From positions 3,224,001 to 3,288,000 of the forward strand of contig NC_089430.1 in the NCBI RefSeq assembly GCF_026210795.1: 64,000 bases of DNA, given 5' to 3'. Position numbers and translations under genes: made by a program. Numbering within the stretch: the stretch's first letter is position 1; each line of letters starts with the position of its first letter. This stretch comes from Rhizophagus irregularis. Its lineage: Eukaryota. This document shows, piece by piece, positions 51,239 to 63,175 of the stretch. The notes beneath the pieces were generated by a model, which had not been told where the DNA came from, did not search any database, and saw nothing but the letters and a program-made list of their open reading frames with translations.

Positions 51239-52777
51239 CATCAGGAAATTATATAGTGCAAAAAGTTGCGCAAGTTTACACATCATAATATTTCGTAAGC
51301 TTCCAGACCCGCCGCAAGTTTGCGTAAGCGTAATATTTTGTAACTTTTTAAAATATTTCGAAATATTACGATATGCAAAGCTTCGTAATTTTACGATTTG
51401 TAATATTCCGTAATTTTGCGGTTCGCAATATTTCGTAATTTTACATAATATTTCGTAAGTTTTCAGACCCGCCGCAAGTTTGCGTAAGCGTAATATTTTG
51501 TAACTTTTTAAAATATTTCGAAATATTACTGTATGCAAGGCTTCGTAATTTTACGATTCGTAATATTCCGTAATTTTAATGCGTAATACTTCGCAACTTT
51601 TTAAAATATTTCAAAATTCTATGATGCGTAATGTTTCATAATTTGACGATTCGTAATATTCTGTGATTTTACACAACTTAATATTTCGTAATATTTCAAA
51701 ATATTTCGATAAATAATACTTCATTTTCTGTACTATAAGTTTATATAATGTATGTTTTATTAGATATAATCATAAAAAATTACAAGTATTTATTAATATA
51801 TACAGAATACATAAAAGTAAAAAAAAGAAAGAGTAGAGTAACAATATTATTAGAAGTAAAAAGAAGAGAAACAGCTAGTATTAGATATAAAGATAAAAGA
51901 AATATTGTTATTATTGTTAGTATTAAAGTAAAAAGAGTTAAAGAAACAGTAAAAGGAGTAAAAGAAACATGGATATTATCGTTAGTATTAAAGTACAAGT
52001 AAAAAGAAATAAAGGAAACGTAGATAGTATTGTTAGTATTACGACATAAAGTAACAAAGAGGTAAAAAAAAACGCGTTAATATTAAAATAATTAGTATTA
52101 ATAAATAAATATTTCTATACCTGCAAAGTAATTGAACAAAAGAATAAAGAAATAAAGAGAAAGAAAAAAATAAACATGTTGTTAGTATTGTTAGTATCGT
52201 TAGTATTAAAGTACAAGTAAAAAGGAATAAAGGAAACATGGATATTATTGTTAGTATTACGATACAAAATAACAAAGAGGTAAAAAAAAATGAAAATAAT
52301 TAGTATTAATAAACAAATATTTCTATACCTGCAAAGCAATAAATTATGAAATATATGTAAATATATTGTATATAATTAAAGAAATAATAGAAAGAAGAGA
52401 CAAAAAAATTAAAAATATTGAACAAAAGAATAAAGAAATAAGAAACAAAAATAAATAAGACAAAAACGCGTGCATGATTAAATGATTAAATGATTAAATC
52501 ACATGCAAGGATCAGCCTAATTTGATTGGCTAGAAAATACGATATCGTAAAATTACGGAAATCCGCATTTTAAAAAATCACAGAAATTGTATATGCACAA
52601 TTACTAAATATTATCCCCTCGTGATAAATTAAAAATTATCAACACAAATTCAACACAAATTTAACAAATTTAACGAAATTTGGCCAAAATTAACAAATTT
52701 TTACCAGAATTATCAACACAAATTGAACACAAATTGAACACAAATTTCAGCCACGATTTATTTATGTCACACCCGTG
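51239..52777 (+). mobile_element. Copy B (1.54 kb, both ends, non-coding) of the CATCAGG...CACACCCGTG family
   Basis: Both ends shared with copy C; body shared with copy A. Subterminal AACACAAATT repeats at the right end. TT on both flanks. Confidence 0.8.
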
Positions 52778-52870
52778 TTGTTAAGAATTAATAACCATTT
52801 TATTTATTAAAACTATATTAATTATGGTAAAAAAAATGCTATTACGTGTGATATATATAAAAAATAATAT

Positions 52871-54290
52871 TTATTTCCTATGCAACCCATAATTCTCTAA
52901 TAAACTATTTACATACCGACCTTCCTCCTCCGTGTTATAAGAGTCAATAGAAAGTATATCATCATCAGCTATGCCATCATTGGCCGCACCATCATTGGCC
53001 GCACCATCGTTGGCCGCATCATCGTTAGCCGCACCATCGTTAGGCCTACCATCGTTAGTCACACCATCATCAGCCGCACCTGCTCTATCATCAGCTGCTC
53101 TATCACCACCATCATCTACATCATTACCATCATGAGAATCATCGTCCGAATGTGTAAATTTATCCCTATTTTCCAACTTTTGCTAAAAATCAATAAATAA
53201 ATAAATAAACTGTAATTCAAATAATTCACATTTTGCAAATTGTAAATTAAAAACTTACTAAGTTGTTGATTATCTTCGACTTCATTATACTTTCGCTCAT
53301 TTGAATGTTTTGATTATTAGGATTTAAGTACGTTTCACATATGCTAATCGCATACGCTATTTGTGTTTTTGAATGATTTTTATTTTCTTTTCGCAACTTA
53401 TCAATTATCAGCGACATATATGTCGTAGGTTGCCCATCTTTAACCTTTTTAAATAGGTTGTTGTAACATCTTTTCACCTCCGCCTTACTCTTCCATTTCT
53501 GAATCTTTGACGGACTAGCCTGAGTGTTAATAGACGGTAATTTATGCCCAGTCGCTTCGAAAACAGAATACATAACGTCTTTAACTCTAGACGTGAACGT
53601 CCTCGTATGCTTCTATGTTGTTGTACTAACTATTAAAAAAAAATGTTAGTATGAAATTTAATAAAATTCATAATTGCTTTAACTTACAGTCGGGGCAATT
53701 TTTTTTTCGAAAAAAATAATCCATTGATTTTTTTTGAACTGGCGCATAAATTCCAGATTTTCATCTTTTAAATATTTTTTGGTAGCGAATTTGTACTCGT
53801 CTTGCGAAGGATAAACAAAATTTTCAAATAAAATTTTCGACACCTTCTTAACGAGCTCCTAATCAAACGAGGTTAGCATTTCAGGTTTACATTAAATAAT
53901 ATTCATCTTTATTACCTTTACATACTCCGGATCTATTGTATTATTATTATTTTTGTTATTATCGTTGAGCTTTTTTTCTATGCTCGAGAGACGGGTTTCG
54001 AGATTTTTTTGTCCGGTGATAAGAACTTCAAGCTTAGAAATTATCTGCGAATTGGTTCTTAATAGTTTTTCTATTGTTTTTTTATTAACTTTAACAATAA
54101 AATATAATTTAACTATATATTATATAATTTTTTTTATAAAGAATATGATACATATCATGTCATATATACCATCAACGCTATCATCGGATATTCTCACTCG
54201 CTTCTTCAGCTTCGCTACCCTCAGTACTACGTTTTGAAAATCTTTCGTTATCGTCAATTCTTCGTTTCGCCGTGCTTTGTAGCTTTAGAA
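52871..54290 (-). pseudogene. Multi-exon hypothetical gene divergent from the Plavaka transposase (probable TE accessory protein) with GAAND repeats
   Basis: ORF-track pieces 52871-53176 and 53247-53573 plus upstream exons bounded by GT-AG. 15-nt tandem repeats at 52970-53100. Confidence 0.5.
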
Positions 54291-54925
54291 TTATGATAAT
54301 AAATTTGAAACGAAAATATGAGAAAAAGGAGGAAATATATGAGAAAAAAGAGGAAATATATGAGAAAAAGGTGAACTAGAAAATTCGAAAAGGATGAGGA
54401 AAAAGGGGGAAATACATGAATCAGAAATTCAGAAAAAGGAGGCAAGCTGTCGTAAGGTAATTTCCGCCATTCTAACTAAAAAGAAAAAAAACTTGCGAAA
54501 TATTGCGAAAAATGGATGAACTAATGCGAAATATTACGAAAAATGAATGTACTAATGCAAAAATTTTGCATCGTGATATTACGAAAAAATATTGTAACAC
54601 TTTCATAAGAGAACTTTAAAAAAAACTCTCGTAAAAGCACATAGTACAATCGAAATATTAATCAAATCTAATTTATAAAAAAATAACATGTTACACATGT
54701 TGGGGCTTTTATGCATGGAAAAAAAAGTTGCAGCCAGTGAACTCATTTGGCTGATCAGATTGATAGTGATCTTGGCCGCTTATAACCTGATTATCGCATA
54801 AATTTGTGGCCGATCATCCGTCCATTATTGTAAAAGCGATTTGCCGTGTTAAGCCAATAAATTTGCGGCTGATTATCAGATGATTAGCCGATTGAATAAG
54901 CCATCCGAATTCTTACAGCCCGTTA

Positions 54926-55139
54926 CAGCAAATTCAAAATATGCGAAACACTCAGCACTTTTGCTGTCGATTCACTTGGCAGGTTGCCGGCAAATTGAAA
55001 TAGTAAATAAAATAATAAACAATATTTATATGGTACATCATAGACTTGTTACATTTATTTTTAGATTTGCCAATCCACGAACTCGGCAAGTTCCCGACAG
55101 CAAAATTGCTGAGTGTTTCGCATATTTTAAATTTTGCTA
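54926..55139. mobile_element. Hairpin MITE (~214 bp) with ~45-bp arms, probable TA TSD
   Basis: CAGCAAATTCAAAATATGCGAAACACTCAGCACTTTTGCTGTCG versus CGACAGCAAAATTGCTGAGTGTTTCGCATATTTTAAATTTTGCTA. TA at 54924-54925 and 55140-55141. Confidence 0.8.
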
Positions 55140-57554
55140 TAATGCGTAAAATTGCGAATGATTCCGCGATATTAGCCACCAGATTCTTACAGCCAGTTCC
55201 ATTCATTAATGCGTAAATTTGCGTAGTCGTGTCTATTCAAATAACTCAATCAATTGTAATCCATTCAATTAATTCATTAAATTTTTACAATGAATTTGCA
55301 ATATAATTTTATTAGCACACATAATCTCATATAAATTAAATAGTGAATTGATACTTTTCATTAAATTTGACGCGTTAATTTAGTAACATGAGTTTCAAAT
55401 GCCCCCTTTGTATGCGAATATTCAGTCAACGCTTTGCATATACTCAACACGCCCAAAAATGCTTAAAAAATGTAGAAGTAGAAGTAGAAGATGATGATGA
55501 TAATAATGATAGTGAAAAATATAGCAGTGAAATGGATACAGAAGTAATCTAAGTAGTGAATATGAAAATGATAAAGTTGAGGTAATTATGTTATTCCAGA
55601 TTATTCTTTTTAAAGAAAAAGCTCAATAATTATGTTATTCCAGATTATTCTTTTTAAAGAAAAAGCTCAAATTATACTAACTCATTTTGGTTTATAATTT
55701 TAGGTGGATGATGATAATAATGTACAAAATATGTCATTTGACAGTATTGGAAGTGCAATATCAGAGATGAGCCTTGAAGATAGTAACTTTGAAAATATAT
55801 TAGATTCATCTGAAGAGCCTGAAATTTTTGAAGAACCCAAAAATCTTAATACCAAAACTTGCACAGAATTTCCTAATGATGCTTATAAAGATCTAATGTT
55901 ATTAGTAACGAAATATAAAATAAACAATAAAGGTGGTAATGAAATAATACGTTTTTTTAATAAACATTCAAATCTTACAGAATCACCATTACCAAAAAAT
56001 ATTGAACAGGGACGAGCATTTATGAATAATATGCAGTTTTCTAATTTAGAATTTAGTAAAGTTCTTATAACAAAACATAAGGATAAAGATTATTTTCTTT
56101 ATTATCAAAACTTAATACAGTGCATCAAAAATATCTTAACTGTTCCTGACATAACACAAAATTTTGCGCTATCTTACGAAAACTATGAGGTAAATAGTAA
56201 ATATTAGTTAATTCAATAATTTAAATAATATTTATTTTAATTTATTTATATTATTTTATAGTATAATAGAGAAAGTATTTACAGTGAACAAAACACTGGA
56301 AAATGGTGGAAAACTACGCAAGAATCCTTACCTACTGGTTCCAAATTATTATCAATTATTTTATATTCTGATGCAACAACTACAGATACATTAGGAAAAA
56401 GTCAATTGCATCCAATATCAATCGCTGCGCATGTAATATGTAAATCATTTCTATATTAACGAAAATTTGTGTAACCGTAATTGAGTTACTTCATTTTATG
56501 ATTTAACGTCAATTTTAATATACTACGCCCATACTGATTAAGTAATTTGGTAGATCATCATGTGATCTACTAATTTTACAAAATAAATTTCCTTTTTTCG
56601 CAATTTTTTTTTTTTGCATTTACAAGAAATTCGTCTTAAAAAAACGCGTTTTTTTGAGATCCTTTTAAAAATAAGAAAGAAAATACGGTTTTAGCAACTG
56701 AAATATATGTAATTTTACGAGAAAAAAAAAGATTTTCTAAGCTTGTAATATTGGTTGCTCGGACAGTTTTTGCGTAAAATGCAAAAAATCGAATTTTCAC
56801 TATAAAAAGAAGCTTTTTCAAAAAGAGTGTATACATTTATCTTTATTAATTATCACTATATTCTTGTATATACAACTCTTTTTAATATATAATTGTTAAA
56901 TTTAATAGTACTTTCGGTCTATATTTATTACTAATTTTCTTTTCTTATTTTTTTAGTCATTATACTCAGTTTGGTTTTTCTGTTAAGGAAAAGGAATAAC
57001 AGTAAGCATTTTATTTAAACTACCGATTTATCTTTTTTTACTTATAGGTTAACAATAGTTAAATTGTATTAATTTTGTAGTCTACGGTTCGTTTTGAAGA
57101 GTCTAGTGATAGTAAAAGTAAGTTCTTGTATTTTCTTTCATTTCGTCTCCTAATTCGTTTCATTCGTATTTTATTTTTTTTTCTTATTCATTCCATTAGT
57201 TGAGTTAAACCTTTTTGCTTTTTTTATATTAATTTTTCGTCTTCTTTCTCATTAGGCTACTGTATCAGTTCGAAATGGGAGTTCATGGATCGGAGTGATC
57301 TATAATAAGACAAAGGATAAATAAAAAAAATTAAATAAACGAAATAAAAGAAAAAATATCCTTTTATTTTTCGTTCTTATTTTTTATTTTTTAGGCTACA
57401 ATCTGGGTCGAGACAGTGGTTCATGATCGGGTGAGTTCAATACCTTTTATTTTTTATTTTTTTTTCTTTAATTTTTAATTCGTCTACTTACTTTTGGATT
57501 TTTTTTTTATTTTAGGCTACAATTTAGTTCGGAATGGTGGTTCACAATCAAAGT

Positions 57555-58262
57555 TAATTTAAGACATATTCACTTTCTGGGAATTAATGAATCAAAAAGA
57601 ATATAAAAAAAAATTGATTGAGTGAAGAAGGAAAAACGGATAAAAATTCTTGAACTAACGAGACGGACAGCATATTTTGGGTCGGTCCTGATTGAAATGG
57701 CGGTTACGATCAAGGTGAGTTCATTATATTTATTCATTTATTTTAATTTTTTGTCTACTTTCTCACTTTCGTTCTTTCTCTTTATTTTAGGTTATAGTTA
57801 TGATGGAAATGGTGGTTCATGATCGGGTGAGCTCAATACCTTTTATCTTGAATTTTTTTCATTTAATTTACTTACTTTTCATTTTTCTTTTCATCTTCCT
57901 CTTTCTTATTTTGTTTTTTTTTATTTTAGGCTATGATTAATGGTGGTTCTGAGTTTAAGACATATTCACTTTCTGCGAACTAATGAATCAAAAAGAATAT
58001 TAAAAAAAATTGATTGGGTGAAGAAGGAAAACGAATAGAAATTTCTTGAGCTAACGAGACGAACGGCATATTTTAGGCGGTCCTAATTGAAGTGGCGGTT
58101 ATGGTCAAGGTGAGTTTAAAACATACTTTTCTTGATTCTTTTTTTCTCTTTTGTTTTTCGTTTTTTATTTATTCATTTATTTTAATTTTTTGTCTACTTT
58201 CTCACTTTCGTTCTTTCTCTTTATTTTAGGTAATAGTTATGATGGAAATGGCAGTTCATGCA
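57555..58262 (+). repeat. ~270-bp direct duplication within the Academ-like element
   Basis: TTTAAGACATATTCACTTTCTG...AACGAGACG...CAAGGTGAGTT...TAGTTATGATGGAAATGG at ~57558-57822 and ~57954-58260. Confidence 0.8.
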
Positions 58263-58684
58263 CCGGAAGTAATATACCCTGGTTATTTTATGTCGAATCT
58301 TCATCCGTTTTCGTTAAAATCAGAAATTCCGTGGGAATTACAACTAAAATGTAAATCTTATTTAAACTTTTTACATCTTTTTCCTTTTTATTTCTTTTAC
58401 TTACTTTCGTTTTGTTTTTTCGTCCTTACTTTCAGAATGCGAAAATTGATGGATCAGGACTAAGCTGTAATGTGAAATATTTTGACTGTTGACTATTTAT
58501 CATAGTGCTCAACTTGAAATCTTACTAGCAACTAGTAATAATAGATTTATGTGATTCTTTATGGTAGTGAAAGATGAAAAGTGACGTTATTTTATTTAAT
58601 TTATTTAATTACCTGTTATTTTATAAAAAATTTAATTGATATAAATAAAGTATTTATTTAATTATTTTACTAAAAAAAACTCAA

Positions 58685-61600
58685 TTAACTATTTTTTTTT
58701 TGTGCATATCCCCATGCAGCCTTAACTTTCTTCTTTGTCCAATAATTTGGTGATAATTCTAAAAGTGAATCTAACACCTTTTCAATTTCTTCATTGCTAG
58801 GCTTTGGACTTTTAAAATAAGGCTTCAAAATAGACTTTTCTTCTTCTGTTGTTACATGCCGTGGTTTTTTGGGTTTTGCAGTAGTGGTGGTTGTGGTTGT
58901 GGTTGTGGTTGTGGTTGTGGTGGTAATGGCAGTGGATGATCCTGCTTCAGACTGAGGTGGACATTTTTTAGATGTACGCTCAGCATTTTTTATATCTTTT
59001 GTTTTAGTTATAACTACTTCTTTGGCTCTTCTTCCTTTTGTATTAATGGGATCAATTCTCAATACCTCTTGCCTGTAAATTTGCTTAAGTCTTTCTTTTC
59101 CTTTATCATAACATGAAAAGAGTTTGGTATAACCACTATCAGTTAATTCTATGCAATTTTGAAATAAAGGATGATTTGTTGGATTTGATGATTCAAATGC
59201 AACTAATAAAGAATTAACAAGAGCCCAAAATAATTCACGTCTTCCATTAACTGCTCGATCTTTTTTAGATACTGCTATATCACCTATAAATTCATTGAAA
59301 AGTAAATCCATTCTTTCTCGTTCTGCTTGAATGGCTTTTATCTGTCTTTTAAGATTCTCATCATTATAAACATTTCCTGTAATATTTTCTTTTATAAATT
59401 TAACGCCAAAAGTTTCAAGTGCCTCATCAAATGCATAAAAATGCCCTTCACGATTAATATTAACTGAAGGAGCAAATTCTAAAAGTGTACGAAGTTTAGG
59501 ATATTTGGCTAATATTGCAAGATAATTTACTGTTGATTTCATATAATTCATTTTTCCAGCTGAAGGAAATAAAGGAGCAAAAGCAGCAAGACATTGAATT
59601 TGAAGTAAAGAATTTCCAGTACGAATTCCTACTCTATGTCCCTTCCAATAACTTCCCCATTCAAAAAAATAATACCAAACTTTTAATAGATTATTATTAT
59701 TATTTAATATATTTTTAAAGGAAAGATTATTTTTCTTTGCATAAATGTTTAATGTACAACCAACTGCCCCCCATAGTAAATCAAGAACACGACAAGTTGA
59801 TCTATAATCTACAACTTGTTCTAACTTATCTAAAAATTTGACTCCAAGAAAAGCAGCAAAATTATAAATTCCATAACTTGAAAAAATAACTAATAATACA
59901 CTACACATGTCTTTACTAGTATGCCACTGGCCTAATAAGGGGCAAATTTTTGGATTACTTAAATGATATCGCATTACTCGTCGAAAAATTGCTTCATCAC
60001 AACATACATTAATACTTTCATCATTATTAATATTTAAATCAACAAAATATTGATCACATGCTTTTGCAATATCATTATCATTATTTGGATTTCCACCTGC
60101 TTCCAAAATAACTACATTTGCAGGTGGTAATGAATTTCCAGTATTATATATTTCTATAATTTTTTTGTTAATAATTTCTATATCAAAATTTTGATTCCAA
60201 CTTAATATATTTTCATTATTTAATTCCCATAAAAAAAAATTTTCAATAATTTTTCCAAAATTTTGTATTATTTCACTTGCATCTTGATTCTGTCCAAAAA
60301 TAAAAGTATTTTCTGATAATTCAACTAAATTATTAGAAATTGATGATAATTCAATAGGAAGAACAAATTGAAAAAGAAGGCGTAATGTTGCATGTGTAGA
60401 TAATCGTGTGACATCATAAATATTACCCCATGCAAAAGAATTTTGCTTAAAATCAATATTATCAATTACACATATATTCCAAATTTTTGATCCAGTAATT
60501 ATTCGAGATTGAGGATTTGATGTTAACATTCGAATATTTTCTAATTTTCTTTCATGAGAAATAGAATGTGATATAACGCTTACAGATTCAAGTACTTGAT
60601 GTAAAGATGAAAGAAGTCGTGGTTTTCGACATAAACTTGCTAATGATCGTGTAAGCCAAAAAGATGTATTAGTAAATCCCATCGTTAATATTATTGAACT
60701 AAGCATAGTACTTATTTTTTGAACTTTTTTTTGATTTACTTCTTTAGGTATATATTCTTTTTTTCTTGATTTAGCAACTACATTTGCCATTTGGCATCGA
60801 TTAAATAGTAATTTTTCAACTATTTCACTAAAAAGATTGTATAATTCAATAGGAATTGCATTTTGGTATTCATTTAATGATTGTGGATTTTCTAAAAGCA
60901 TTTTATTATTATGTAAAAGCTGACGATTTTTTAAAAGAAATTCAGCCAAATTGTTTCCAAATAAATAACAATTTTTAGAATTTAATTGGATAAAATCTTT
61001 GTTTAATTTAATATTATATAATTTAAAAATTAATTTAATTGCAAAAAGACTAGGAATTTTTGAAATCTTAGGAGTAGGTGATGATATATTTTTTTCTTGT
61101 GATGAATTATCTGTATTATTATTAGATGATTTTTGTAAAATTAAATTTGAATCTAATTGTTGAAGAGCAGGTGTAATTGTGGCTAAAACTTTTTCTTGAA
61201 ATTCTAAATCCCTTTCATGAGCTATTTGTAAAATCCAGTTAGCCATTAATTCTAATGATGTAGTTATTTCACCCAAATGAATTTTTGTTTCATCACAATG
61301 TAAAGATTTATAACCTCTTCCTGGTTTAATATATATCACTCGGTAAAAAACGGTCTATCCTACACATATCCTACACATATCTTACATATATCAAGTACTA
61401 GAAAATCATACACAAATAATACACATATCATACACATATCGGGTACTTATATATATAGTATACCTATCAGGTACCTGATATATGTATGATATATATATTA
61501 GTACCCGATATGTATATGATATGTGTATTATTTGTGTATGATTTTCTACATTTTAAGTACCCAATATGTGTAAGATATGTGTAGGATGAATCATTTTTTT

Positions 61601-62399
61601 ACCAGTGTATATGACCACCATACTCTTCATAACATTTACAACATATATATCGTGTTTTATCATATTTATTATCATCAGAATTAGTTGGCATTATTATTGG
61701 TTCAAGTTTTTTTAATACATTGCATCCTTTTTGACAAATGCAAGCTAATCTAATTTCATTGCCTAATACTTTCCATGAATGTTCTTTGCAAAACTTTCCA
61801 CGACTAAAAAAATAATAATTTTTTTCACAAAATCTACATTTACGAAAATGAATTAAACTTTGATTTACGTCTTTATCTTCTTTTGCACCTTCTTTATGAA
61901 GTTTATTTTGATCAAATAAAAAATGTGTATAACAAACACCAAGTTTATCCAAATTTTTTCCAGCTTGAAGAACTGCATCATTATCCAATTGCCAAGTACC
62001 TATTAACTGCCACAATCCTCGTAATTTAATATTTGAATTACATTTTTGTAATTTTCCATCAATTACATCCACAATTGCACAATTTAATAAGTCTTTATGA
62101 TTGATTTGTTCAATATTCAGCTCAACATTAATACTAGTATTAGCTGTAGTTTCTGATTTATTAGTATCATAATCATTTGCTTCATCTTCAAAATCATTAT
62201 TTACTGAACTATCACTATTATTATCTAATGCTCTTTTCATTGCTAAATGAAAAGCATTTTCATTGTTTTGTATAAAATTAAAATCTTCCTCATAATCAGC
62301 AATATTATCAAAAAAGTCATCAACTGAATTTTCTGGATTTATATTTAAGTCATCATTATCATACCTGTCTTTAAAGCTAAAAGTATTGGTTGAAAACAT
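58685..62399 (-). CDS. Academ-like (DUF6589-type) transposase, ~1146 aa once the MITE is removed, with a Cys-rich N-terminal region and homeodomain-like C-terminus
   Basis: VIDNIDF...STHAT, VCCDEAIF, LGQWHTSKDM, LFPSAGKMNY, FDEALE. ORFs 61599-62399 and 58685-61339 fuse in frame (GGHI-YIKPG). Confidence 0.72.
61337..61607. mobile_element. CACT(G)-terminated palindromic MITE (271 bp), 3-bp TSD TAT
   Basis: Left CACTCGGTAAAAAA, right TTTTTTTACCAGTG. TAT at 61334-61336 and 61608-61610. ACCCGATAT/ACACATATC motifs. Confidence 0.92.
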
Positions 62400-62569
62400 T
62401 AAAATAAATTTAACTGTAATAATTAATAAAAAAAAATCAAATATAATTTTTTATATTAATAAACAAAAAAAAATTGTCATATTGGTAAATGTAACTAAAA
62501 AATTATATGCAATACTTACTTTATAAATAAAATAAATAAAAAAATTAGTTTTTTTAATTTTTTATACCT

Positions 62570-63175
62570 TTTTATACTTCTTTTACGCTCCTCCTGCACT
62601 TCTTTGCACTTTTTTACGCTTCTCTGCACTTCTTTATGCACCTCTACACTTCTTTGCACTTCTTTTGCATCCTTTTACACTTCTTTTACGTTCCTTTGCC
62701 TTCTTTCTACGTCCCTTTGCCTTCTTTTTACGTCCTTTTGCCTTCTTTTTACGTCCCTTTGCCTTCTTTTACGTCCCTTTGCCTTCTTTTTACGTCCCTT
62801 TGCCTTCTTTCTACGTCCCTTTGCCTTCTTTTTACGTCCCTTTACACTTCTTTTACTCTTTTTGCACTTTTTTTACGTCCTTTTGCCTTCTTTTACGTCC
62901 CTTTACACTTCTTTTACGTCCCTTTACACTTCTTTTACGTCCCTTTGCACTTCTTTTACGTCCCTTTGCACTTCTTTTACGTTCCTTTGTACTTCTTTTA
63001 CGTTCTTTTGCACTTCTTTTACGTTTCTTTGCACTTCTTTTACGTTTCTTTGTACTTCTTTTATGTCCCTTTACACTTCTTTACAATCTTTTTGCACTTC
63101 TTTTTATGTTTCTTTACACTTTTTTATACTCTTTTGCTTTTTTTTCACTTCTTTATACTTGTACGTTCTTTTAAA
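62570..63175. repeat. Pyrimidine-rich 21/22-bp minisatellite
   Basis: TTTTACGTCCCTTT(G/A)C(AC/C)TTC units repeated more than 20 times. The + strand ORFs here are repeat artefacts. Confidence 0.9.

Noticed and set aside
52778..52803. Continuation of the CACTA transposase (WLLILN) beyond copy B
   Set aside because: It does not rejoin in frame with a 2-bp TSD and runs straight into the 3' flank of another gene.
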